64,000 bases of DNA from Candidatus Poribacteria bacterium (GTDB lineage: Bacteria; Poribacteria; WGA-4E; WGA-3G). The stretch spans positions 1,984,001 to 2,048,000 of the forward strand of contig CAXXLX010000001.1 of assembly GCA_963665235.2 (NCBI GenBank), in the 5' to 3' direction. The stretch's first letter is position 1, and every line of letters begins with the position of its first letter. Under the pieces are notes generated by a model. The model searched no databases, was not told the DNA's origin, and saw nothing but the letters and a program-made list of their open reading frames with translations. Below, one piece after another: positions 10,853 through 18,957 of this stretch. Position numbers and translations under genes: made by a program.

Positions 10853-11090
10853 ATTGGCAATTGGCAATTGGCAATTGGCAATTAGCAAGAGTTTCAGATT
10901 CTAAAATAGGTTTCTGAAGCGCGTCAGAGGCCTCTTTCTCTTGCTAACGGTTTCCATTAACCAACAGTCAACAGCCAACGAAGCAATTAGCAATTAGCAA
11001 TTAGCAAGAGTTTCAGATTCTAAATAGGTTTCTGAAGCGCGTCAGAGGCCTCTTTCTCTTGCTAACGGTTTCCATAAGTCAACAGCCAAT
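10853..11090. repeat. Two tandem copies of a ~65-bp element (TTAGCAAGAG...CTCTTGCTAA) flanked by heptamer runs (GCAATTG/GCAATTA)
   Basis: Cores at 10882-10947 and 11001-11065 are near identical; inverted copy at 13996-14061; diverged copy at 42487-42555. Confidence 0.85.
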
Positions 11091-11110
11091 ATACCGTTAG
11101 GAGCACAAAA

Positions 11111-11605
11111 TTGCCATCAGCGCAACGTATTGTAGACGAATTGAAAAAACAGGGGATTACCCACGCCGTAGGGGTACCAGATAACGGCAGTGCCCAAATT
11201 TATGAACACTTGCGGGCAGAGCCTGACATTGAAGTCATCACCGTAACCCGCGAAGGGGAGGCATTTGCCATTGCATCCGGATTGTTCGTCGGTGACAAAA
11301 AACCTGTCATCATCATCCAAAACACAGGTTTCTTAGAATCCGGCGATGCCCTCCGAGGCACCGTAATCAGCATGCAGATTCCTGTCGTGATATTCATCGG
11401 ATACCGTGGATACCACAACCGCGATAGCAGTGGACAATGGATTGACTCGGTCGCTGCCCTCCTGGAACCTACCCTCAAGGCATGGAACGTGCCGTATCAG
11501 CTGCTAGAGACCGATGCCGATATTAATCGTATCCGCGAGGCATTTCAGAAGGCAGAGGCAACATCGCTGCCGACAGCACTCCTACTCATCGGGCATGCCA
11601 CATGA
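11111..11605 (+). CDS. Thiamine-PP enzyme N-terminal subunit (sulfopyruvate/phosphonopyruvate decarboxylase alpha-like)
   Basis: GVPD, TREGEAFAIASG, IIQNTG and IGYRG motifs. Confidence 0.8.
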   Translation: MPSAQRIVDELKKQGITHAVGVPDNGSAQIYEHLRAEPDIEVITVTREGEAFAIASGLFVGDKKPVIIIQNTGFLESGDALRGTVISMQIPVVIFIGYRGYHNRDSSGQWIDSVAALLEPTLKAWNVPYQLLETDADINRIREAFQKAEATSLPTALLLIGHAT

Positions 11606-11654
11606 TTGAAGGAATGCCGGCCCCCGTTCTCGTGTTGCAATCAGGAGATTGCAC

Positions 11655-12491
11655 CTACGGGGCAGCTGCGAGGACACTGTTCATGACCTCTGTCCATCTT
11701 CCCTCAAATTTTTCTCCGAATTCCGCTTCGCCCCCGGTTGCCAGAGGCCCGCGGAGCATCGGTTTAGTGGTGTTATTTCTCTCCCAGATCTCTTTTCCAC
11801 CGAAGTCGTTGTGGAGAAAGTGGAGTGCAACGCCAGCCCGTTCCTTATCGGAGAGATTTGACTTGGTACAGTGTGCCACGCCGTAACAGAAAAAGAGCAC
11901 ACCCCCCGCCTTCAATTCAACAGGGACAGCACGCTCCTCCGGCGGGTCGCAGCGAATGTGATGGTCGCTCAACGGGTCTTTATAGTGTTCATAGACTTCA
12001 CGATGACTGCCGGGGATGACGTGCAGGCAACCATTCTCGACGTTAGCGTCGTGGATAGCAATCCACATAGCGGTGCCGCGCAGCGGGTCGGCGATTTTGA
12101 AATAGGCGTTATCCTGATGCCAACTGGTGCCGATTCCGACTTTCGGCGGTTTCCAGAAAGCTTGGTCAAGTTCCAACATGAATTCATCACCGATGAGTTG
12201 TTGAACGGCAGAAACCACCTTAGGATGAAACGGCAGTGCCTTGTGCAAATCACTGCGATTGTTAAGCGGAATAACCTGTAGGTTTTGGCGTTCACCGTTG
12301 TTATCGCGTTTAGTGCCATCCTCTTGGACCGCGCAGTTAATCCCTCTTCCCTGTTCGAGTTCGGTATCGTAAATCCTTTCAAGTTCAAGGCGGAGGGCTT
12401 TCGCTTCAACCTCGTCGAAAAATCCATCTATGACAATATAACCGTTTTCTCGAAATTCTGTGAGTTGTGTTTCTGTGAGTTGCATTATCAA
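11655..12491 (-). CDS. Phytanoyl-CoA dioxygenase (PhyH) family Fe(II)/2OG dioxygenase
   Basis: WHQDNAY, WIAIHDANVENGCLHVIPGSH and distal His. Confidence 0.9.
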   Translation of the reverse strand: MIMQLTETQLTEFRENGYIVIDGFFDEVEAKALRLELERIYDTELEQGRGINCAVQEDGTKRDNNGERQNLQVIPLNNRSDLHKALPFHPKVVSAVQQLIGDEFMLELDQAFWKPPKVGIGTSWHQDNAYFKIADPLRGTAMWIAIHDANVENGCLHVIPGSHREVYEHYKDPLSDHHIRCDPPEERAVPVELKAGGVLFFCYGVAHCTKSNLSDKERAGVALHFLHNDFGGKEIWERNNTTKPMLRGPLATGGEAEFGEKFEGRWTEVMNSVLAAAP

Positions 12492-12524
12492 ATTTCCTTT
12501 CTATTTGACAGGACACCGGTGTGT

Positions 12525-13943
12525 CTACGTCGGCTTTGATTCCATATAGGCACACGGCACAATAATCGCATCGACCATGCCGTGTAAAATTTTCTTATCG
12601 GCGGGGCAGACAGCAGCTTGAATACCACCGAGGGTGACCTTATCTTCAGCAACAAAATAGTACGGACGAAGCAAGGGACGTCCCGGCATCTCTAACATAG
12701 TTCCGCTGTCGAAATCGTAATACTGCATCCGCACCCGTTTCGCGGTGTGAAATTTCTGAAGAACGTGCGGGCTCCGGTTGAAATTCGCCACACTCTCTTT
12801 GAGCGCAGCCTCCCACTCCTCCGTAGGTAAATCGTGACCGATAACGACCCCACGGCTCCCCCAGGCAAGTTCGGAAAATCCGGAGGGTTTGATAACTAAC
12901 TCGCGCTGCCGTTGCGTTACGTTGCTGAGTTGATGCCAGTCTGTAAGCGGGACACCGTCCACCTCAAGCCCAGGAATGACAGCATGCGGCGGCAGCGGAC
13001 GACTATCTAAAATCCACGTCTGCGGAATAACGTCCTGTAGGAATAGAGCCGTCTTTTTCGGAAGTTGACGTTTCCAAAACGACTGAAGAGCAGGATGGTG
13101 AAACAGAGCGAGACATAACTTCTCCTCAAGGTATGCCTTCGGTGGGGGTGTAATCACAACCGTTCGTTTTTTCGCGCTATAAAGCATCAACTCCGATTTC
13201 GGGATATTTTGCAGGTCAAACAGTTCATAGAAACGGTAGAGCACATCCACCGGTATTTTACCATCCTCCGTTTCCACAAAGAGGCAGTCCTCCGTAAAAA
13301 TGACTTCGTGCGGTTTGACGGTATACGTTCGTAACCCTATTTCAGAAAGAGCGGATGCAAGCCATACCATCTCTTCCCAATAATCTTGTGATTCGTCTGA
13401 AACTACAATTGCAAGCGTGGGGTCATCCTTTTTCGCAAGTGCCCGAATCATCTGAGCATATCCCTGCACCATGCCGTCGCTGCCCCCGATGAGTGTCCAA
13501 CCGAGTTCAGCGTACAATCTAGACAAACACCCTGTGGTACCGATAAACCCCGGAATTGAATCCAATTCCGTAATTGCCATCCCATCAGCAGTCGGCAAAA
13601 TATCGGGACGAATCACCCCCGGCAGTTGACTTTTAAAGCGGTTCATTCTACCGTATTGAATGACATTCTCAGGTTTACCTATGTCTAGGCAATCCGCAAC
13701 CCAAGTCGGTTGAATCCCGCGCGCACTCTGTGAATAGAGGAGATTACATGCCCGGTAAAAATTTAAAAGGTGTCCACCAAGCTCCTCAAAATAGTGTCTG
13801 TCCTTCTCAGAAATCCAGAACGGCTCCGGCGAAATACGCCAGGAGGTGTTGCAATCGGGATGGACATCCCGTTTTTCTCCAGAAAACAATTTTGCCTTCG
13901 GAATTTCATCATTAATAAATAGACATCTGTTTGTAGCATCCAA
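12525..13943 (-). CDS. Putative circularly permuted ATP-grasp / glutathionylspermidine-synthase-like ligase
   Basis: IRPDIL...ITELDSIPG, DVLYRFYELFD, VIKPSGFSELAWGSRGV and VLQKF motifs. Confidence 0.55.
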   Translation of the reverse strand: MDATNRCLFINDEIPKAKLFSGEKRDVHPDCNTSWRISPEPFWISEKDRHYFEELGGHLLNFYRACNLLYSQSARGIQPTWVADCLDIGKPENVIQYGRMNRFKSQLPGVIRPDILPTADGMAITELDSIPGFIGTTGCLSRLYAELGWTLIGGSDGMVQGYAQMIRALAKKDDPTLAIVVSDESQDYWEEMVWLASALSEIGLRTYTVKPHEVIFTEDCLFVETEDGKIPVDVLYRFYELFDLQNIPKSELMLYSAKKRTVVITPPPKAYLEEKLCLALFHHPALQSFWKRQLPKKTALFLQDVIPQTWILDSRPLPPHAVIPGLEVDGVPLTDWHQLSNVTQRQRELVIKPSGFSELAWGSRGVVIGHDLPTEEWEAALKESVANFNRSPHVLQKFHTAKRVRMQYYDFDSGTMLEMPGRPLLRPYYFVAEDKVTLGGIQAAVCPADKKILHGMVDAIIVPCAYMESKPT

Positions 13944-13961
13944 ACTTATAACCCCTTGTTT

Positions 13962-14088
13962 GGCTTGTTGGCTTATGACTTATGGCTTATGGTTGTTAGC
14001 AAGAGAAAGAGGTAGATGCACGCGCTTCAGAAACCTATTTAGAATCTGAAACTCTTGCCAATTGCCAATCGCTAATCGCCAGTGAGCC
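13962..14088. repeat. Inverted copy of the ~65-bp TAGCAAGAG element with flanking heptamer repeats
   Basis: Reverse-complement match to 10882-10947. Confidence 0.8.
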
Positions 14089-14092
14089 ATCT

Positions 14093-15676
14093 TCACAGAA
14101 TTACCTGTTTGACGAATTCTATCTTTTTTTCCGCCGCGATAGTTTGCAAAACGTTTCGCGGCACAAGACTATCCACATTAATCAGCGTCACAGCGGCCTC
14201 GCCAATACGGGAACGTCCAACCGTCATATCCGCGATATTGATATTGTGTTCACCCAGAATAGTACCGATTAAGCCAATCATCCCCGGTTGGTCACGGTTG
14301 TAAATGAGGAGTATATGCCCCTCTAAGGTCGCGTTCAGGTGAAGCTGATTGATGCGTACGATTCGGATATCTTTTCGTCCGAAGGTCGTCCCAGCAATTA
14401 CGGTATCCCCCTTATCTGTGCTAACAGTAATAGTGAGCAGATTAGAGAAGTCAGTTTCAGAATCACTTTTAGCTTCTGTCACAGGAATTCCGCGTTGCCT
14501 AATCAGGAAGGGCGCGTTCACATAGTTCACGTTCGCTAAAATCGGTGTCAAGAGCCCTTTCTGTAAAGCGACAGTTATAGGCGTTACATCCTCTTTTTGG
14601 AAGAGCGGGCCGCTATAATTGATTTTAATCGATAAGATCTGGCCTTCAACGATTTGTGCTTGGAAACTTCCGATTTTTTCCGCAAGTTCCAAATAGGGGC
14701 CCAAAACATCGAGCGTCCTTGGGTCAATTTTGGGCTGATTCACAGCGTGAGCAACCGGTTTACCTTGGAGCGCGTTGATTACCTGTCGTGCAACCGCCAC
14801 CGCAACGTGTTCCTGCGCCTCGGCTGTAGACGCGCCGAGATGCGGCAGAGCAAGCACGTTATCTAAATTGCGCAGCGGCGTATCAATTGCCGGTTCGTTT
14901 TCAAAAACATCCAAGGCCGCCCCCGCGATTTTTCCCGTTTTCAACGCATCATAGAGGGCATCTTCGTCAATAATACCACCCCGTGCACAATTAATCAAGC
15001 GGCATGTCGGTTTCATCAACGCAAACTCGGACTCCCCAACGATATGATAGGTTTCAGCCGTGAGCTGCGTATGCACGGAAATATAATCCGCTTCCTGAAA
15101 AAGCGTCTCCTTGTCAACTAAGCGGACCCCTATTTTTTCAGCAGCACTCGATGAAATGTATGGGTCATAGGCGATTGCCTGCATTTTGAACGCTTGCGCT
15201 CGACGCGCCACCTCTCGTCCAATTCTACCGAGCCCGATGGTCCCGAAAACTTTCCCGTAGAGCTCCACACCTATAAAATTGTTCCGTTCCCAATTTCCAT
15301 CTTTGAGAGACATGCTGGCAGGCACCAAGTTTCGCGCGAGTGCCAGCAATAAAGCAAGTGTATGTTCCGCTGCTGCAATTGTATTGCCCTCTGGCGTGTT
15401 AACAACTAAAATTCCGTTTCGCGTAGCAGCTTGCACATCGATGTTGTCTACACCGACACCTGCTCGACCGATGACCTTAAGCTGTGACGCTGCCTCAATG
15501 ACCTCCGATGTCACTTTCGTCGCACTCCGGATGAGCAGGGCTTGATAATCACCGATGCGGTCAAGCAACTCCGCCTCCGACAAATTGAGCATAACATCAA
15601 CCGCAAAATCACCGCTTTCAATCAACAGATTCAAGCCTTGCTGTGACAGCAAATCGCTGACCAGCACCTTGTTCAT
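14093..15676 (-). CDS. serA: D-3-phosphoglycerate dehydrogenase
   Basis: RAGVGVDNID, GLGRIG, NCARGG, PHLGAST motifs and C-terminal ACT domain. Confidence 0.96.
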   Translation of the reverse strand: MNKVLVSDLLSQQGLNLLIESGDFAVDVMLNLSEAELLDRIGDYQALLIRSATKVTSEVIEAASQLKVIGRAGVGVDNIDVQAATRNGILVVNTPEGNTIAAAEHTLALLLALARNLVPASMSLKDGNWERNNFIGVELYGKVFGTIGLGRIGREVARRAQAFKMQAIAYDPYISSSAAEKIGVRLVDKETLFQEADYISVHTQLTAETYHIVGESEFALMKPTCRLINCARGGIIDEDALYDALKTGKIAGAALDVFENEPAIDTPLRNLDNVLALPHLGASTAEAQEHVAVAVARQVINALQGKPVAHAVNQPKIDPRTLDVLGPYLELAEKIGSFQAQIVEGQILSIKINYSGPLFQKEDVTPITVALQKGLLTPILANVNYVNAPFLIRQRGIPVTEAKSDSETDFSNLLTITVSTDKGDTVIAGTTFGRKDIRIVRINQLHLNATLEGHILLIYNRDQPGMIGLIGTILGEHNINIADMTVGRSRIGEAAVTLINVDSLVPRNVLQTIAAEKKIEFVKQVIL

Positions 15677-15737
15677 GGGCTAAATTCCTCCACCTTTATC
15701 GTGCCAATAAGGACATCTTTTAACACAGTGTTTGCAA

Positions 15738-15766
15738 ATTATAGCATGTAGCCCGAACTTTGTCAA
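15738..15766 (-). promoter_or_regulatory. Consensus sigma70 promoter of serA
   Basis: TTGACA-17 bp-TATAAT on the minus strand. Confidence 0.7.
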
Positions 15767-15794
15767 TAACATTTTAATTTCAGAGCAATTCGTC

Positions 15795-15909
15795 CAGGAC
15801 TTACGCAGCACGTTGCTAAAGTCTATAGATAATGGGATTTAGAGGTTGACCTAGCGGGCTGGGGGACCCAGCCCCTACGCGCTTATGTTCTAAATTTGCG
15901 TAAGTCCTG
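15795..15909. mobile_element. ~115-bp MITE-like element with CAGGACTTACGCA terminal inverted repeats containing a GTAG-tagged hairpin
   Basis: 13-bp TIRs; second copy inverted at 61152-61289. Confidence 0.75.
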
Positions 15910-15922
15910 TCGTCGAAAGAAA

Positions 15923-15951
15923 TTGACATCTACACAGCAATATGATATAAT
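15923..15951 (+). promoter_or_regulatory. Consensus sigma70 promoter upstream of an antitoxin-like ORF
   Basis: TTGACA-17 bp-TATAAT with TG extension. Confidence 0.7.
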
Positions 15952-16017
15952 AAACTGAACTTTAGCAATACGGAGAAAAACGCAAACATCTTATGAACCA
16001 TTTAAGGAGGTATCGCA

Positions 16018-16236
16018 ATCACAACACGACTTGAACAAGCTTTCACAGAAGCCTCAAAACTTTCACCCAAGGAACAGGATGCACTTGCAGATTGGGTGCT
16101 TGCTGAACTCCACTCTGAAAAACGATGGGATAGATTGTTCGCCAATTCGCAAGACACATTATCTCAGTTGACTTCGGAGGCACTGGCTGAACATCATAAG
16201 GGTCAAACGCAGGAACTGGATCCGGATCAACTATGA
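16018..16236 (+). pseudogene. Antitoxin-like small ORF with ATC in place of a start codon; cognate toxin missing
   Basis: AAGGAGG RBS at ~16004-16010, then (I)TTRLEQAFTEASKLSPKEQDALADWVLAEL..EKRWDRLFANSQDTL...QELDPDQL*; ends in an ATGA overlap followed by the 730-bp insertion. Confidence 0.65.
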
Positions 16237-16315
16237 ATTTATGTCAAACGGGTGTGTAAAGTTTTTGTACGTCTGCGATATTTTTTCTGAAGAAAAATCA
16301 AACCCTTCGCAACTA

Positions 16316-16433
16316 ATACCATTTCTAATTGAAAATGTCTCTTTATTGTAGCATAAACTTCCAGTTTGTGTCTTCCGTTCTCCGTTTCATTTCTAACAAC
16401 TGGTAATGATAGAATAATTAATAAAAATGGTAT
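16316..16433. mobile_element. 118-bp MITE (ATACCATTT...AAATGGTAT) carrying one GTAG-REP, nested inside the 730-bp element
   Basis: Near-identical to 23686-24113 apart from REP copy number. Confidence 0.8.
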
Positions 16434-16605
16434 AACATAACAGAAAACCAAAACATTTTTCGGAGGAGAGCGGCACGGTTTGCAACTCACCTGACCAGAC
16501 ACCGATAGCGAAAGTGTCACATTTCATTTTTTTGAAATCGCAAAAGTCAGGTGTCCAACGCTTTCAAAGCTATGCGTGGCGTGGGTTTGTGCCAATGCAG
16601 CACCC

Positions 16606-16855
16606 AAAACCGAATGTTACACTTTGTGTCAAAAGTGTAACTTATGTACCGAACAGCATCAAAAAATAGGAGGCAGCACGGTAAAAAAAGTAGGTAGGAG
16701 TGAAAACCGCAAACCGGCAGTCGAAATGACACATTTCGTTTTTTATCTGACACGAAAAAGACGGGTCAAAATCGTCTATAAACATAGACAGGGCAAGGGT
16801 TCAGGCGAGTTCAGAACCGAAAACCGAATGTTACACGTTGTGTCAAAAGTGTAAC
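16606..16855. repeat. Direct repeat of a 36-bp palindromic unit AAAACCGAATGTTACAC(T/G)TTGTGTCAAAAGTGTAAC
   Basis: Copies at 16606-16641 and 16820-16855. Confidence 0.8.
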
Positions 16856-17095
16856 ATTTACACCGGAACACACCCTTGGATTTCACAAGTAAACATACAG
16901 GCAGGAACAAAAACCCTCTTTTTCCGTGTTCTCTGTGTTTTCCGCGATTCTGACAATTGTACAAAAACTTTACACACCCTGTCAAACACTCGAATGGACA
17001 TTTTTTTGTAAATATGGTATTCTATAATAAAATATAACCGTGCATCGCTTAATTGCACAAATTACGTTAATACCGAAATATGGAGGTACACACTA

Positions 17096-17308
17096 ATGGT
17101 CCCTGGAATCCCTGGACCCGTAGAATTACTACTAATCTTAGCTATCGTCCTGTTCCTGTTTGGTGCAAAACGTCTTCCGGAATTGGCGCGTGGGCTCGGC
17201 AAAAGCATCACCAACTTTAAATCTGGCCTCAATGAGGGACAGACAGACGAACCTGACACCACCGCACAACAGGAAAAAGAGACACCGCAAAAAGAGGAAA
17301 CTGGTTAA
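17096..17308 (+). CDS. tatA: Twin-arginine translocase TatA/E subunit
   Basis: GPVELLLILAIVLFLFGAKRLPELARGLGKSITNFKSG. Confidence 0.93.
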   Translation: MVPGIPGPVELLLILAIVLFLFGAKRLPELARGLGKSITNFKSGLNEGQTDEPDTTAQQEKETPQKEETG

Positions 17309-17635
17309 TTGAAAGATAAATTACCCGACTTTCTTCAGAACGTTATCGAGGAATACCCTGAAGTTTGGAAGGCGTATCAGGCATTAGGTGAGGCGTGCGG
17401 CACCGCCGGTCCCCTCGACCCAAAAACGGCAAGACTCGTTAAACTTGCACTCGCTATCGGGGCGAAATCTGAGGGGGCGGTGCATTCGCACGTCCGACGT
17501 GCACTACGCGAGGGCATCACACGTGAGGAATTGCAACAGGTGGCACTACTTGCTGTGACCTCTATCGGATGGTCCTCAAGTATGGCCGCACTGTCCTGGA
17601 TTCAAGATGTCACCGATAAACCGGAGAACGTTTAG
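17309..17635 (+). CDS. Carboxymuconolactone decarboxylase (AhpD-like) family protein
   Basis: GPLDPKTARLVKLALAIG...AVHSHVRRALREG motif. Confidence 0.85.
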   Translation: MKDKLPDFLQNVIEEYPEVWKAYQALGEACGTAGPLDPKTARLVKLALAIGAKSEGAVHSHVRRALREGITREELQQVALLAVTSIGWSSSMAALSWIQDVTDKPENV

Positions 17636-17680
17636 GCGCAGCAAACGCACTTTGAACTGCTGCGCTACGAGGAATCGGTT

Positions 17681-18919
17681 ATGGAAAAACGTCACACGCC
17701 GCATCGCATTCGGTTGCAATACGGTATTGCAAGCTGTGCCCTAATACTCGCCTTAATCTTTGGAGGGCTCCTGCGCCCCGGTGGAAGCGATGAAACTGCA
17801 TCGGAGTTCCAACAAGGGGTTGAATATGTCAAGCTGCGGCTGTATTCACACGCTGCGGGTATCTTCAAAACCATCTTGGCACGAAATCCGACAGATGTGA
17901 ACACCCTTTTTCAACTCGGCAGTGTCTATAGATTGCGTGATGAATTAGCGTTAGCAATAGAGACGTTTGACAAGATTCTCACACTCCCCGCATCGGAAAA
18001 GGTGTACGGCATAACCAGCCTCTCACTATCAGAAATTTACTGTAGGCAGAGCAAATTGGATATGGCTGAAGCGTACGCGAAACAGGCAGTTCAACAGTGT
18101 CCACACATGGCAGATACGCATTATCGGCTCGGTTATGTCTATACGCATCAAGCCAAATTTGACGCTGCGCTGGCTGCCTTTAAACGGACGCTCACACACA
18201 ACCCCGATTTTGCCGAAGTTTACGAATGGCTCGGTTTAATCGCTCTCATGCAGCACAAACCGAACGAAGCCGTAACGCACTATAAAACCGTAATCCAAAA
18301 GAAACCTTACGTTCAGAGTGCTTACTATAACCTCGCCAAGGCTTACCGGATGCTCGGCGATACAGAATCAGCAGCAGAACAGCTGAAGCTCTTCCAGCAG
18401 ATGAAAACCTATTACGATAAGACGTACGCTATTGAAAGTGCTTTGGCAGAGGAGCCAAAAAACGCACCGCTTCGCATGGAATTGGCACAGCTACATCTGA
18501 CACATAAACATATCTCCGCAGCAATTGCTACATATCAAGGACTGCTGCGATTGAATCCAGAATTTATCGCAGGATATGATAAGCTCGCAAGGCTTTACAT
18601 GACACACAACATGCCGAAACACGCGATACCGCTCTTTCAAAAGGTCCTTCAATTGAATCCGAATGCCGTAGAAGCACACGTCCGATTGGGATGGCTCTAT
18701 ATGACACAAAAAACGTTTGACAAGGCAGAATCACATCTACAGAAGGCTATAGAGAAGATGCCGAAGCTTACCTTGGCATACCACGGGCTGGCAGAAATTT
18801 ATACGCAACAGGGACATATTGAAAAAGCCGTCGATATCTATCAACACATCGTCCAAATTGAACCTGACGATAAAGCGGCATTGACAGCTTTGCACGCCTT
18901 GAAACGCCTAAAAAAGTAG
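17681..18919 (+). CDS. TPR-repeat protein with N-terminal anchor
   Basis: Multiple canonical TPR repeats after a hydrophobic N-terminal segment. Confidence 0.85.
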   Translation: MEKRHTPHRIRLQYGIASCALILALIFGGLLRPGGSDETASEFQQGVEYVKLRLYSHAAGIFKTILARNPTDVNTLFQLGSVYRLRDELALAIETFDKILTLPASEKVYGITSLSLSEIYCRQSKLDMAEAYAKQAVQQCPHMADTHYRLGYVYTHQAKFDAALAAFKRTLTHNPDFAEVYEWLGLIALMQHKPNEAVTHYKTVIQKKPYVQSAYYNLAKAYRMLGDTESAAEQLKLFQQMKTYYDKTYAIESALAEEPKNAPLRMELAQLHLTHKHISAAIATYQGLLRLNPEFIAGYDKLARLYMTHNMPKHAIPLFQKVLQLNPNAVEAHVRLGWLYMTQKTFDKAESHLQKAIEKMPKLTLAYHGLAEIYTQQGHIEKAVDIYQHIVQIEPDDKAALTALHALKRLKK

Positions 18920-18957
18920 ATGAAACGAAGCGGTAAGTGCACTCACCGGGTGCTTTT

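Larger units (their letters stand above)
16250..16979. mobile_element. 730-bp non-autonomous transposable element
   Basis: 21-bp perfect TIRs GGGTGTGTAAAGTTTTTGTAC; 8-bp target duplication TGTCAAAC at 16242-16249 and 16980-16987; no transposase ORF inside. Confidence 0.85.

Noticed and set aside
16239-17058. Several 66-93 aa ORFs within the 730-bp element as a possible transposase
   Set aside because: No DDE, HUH or HTH motifs; composed of repeat sequence.
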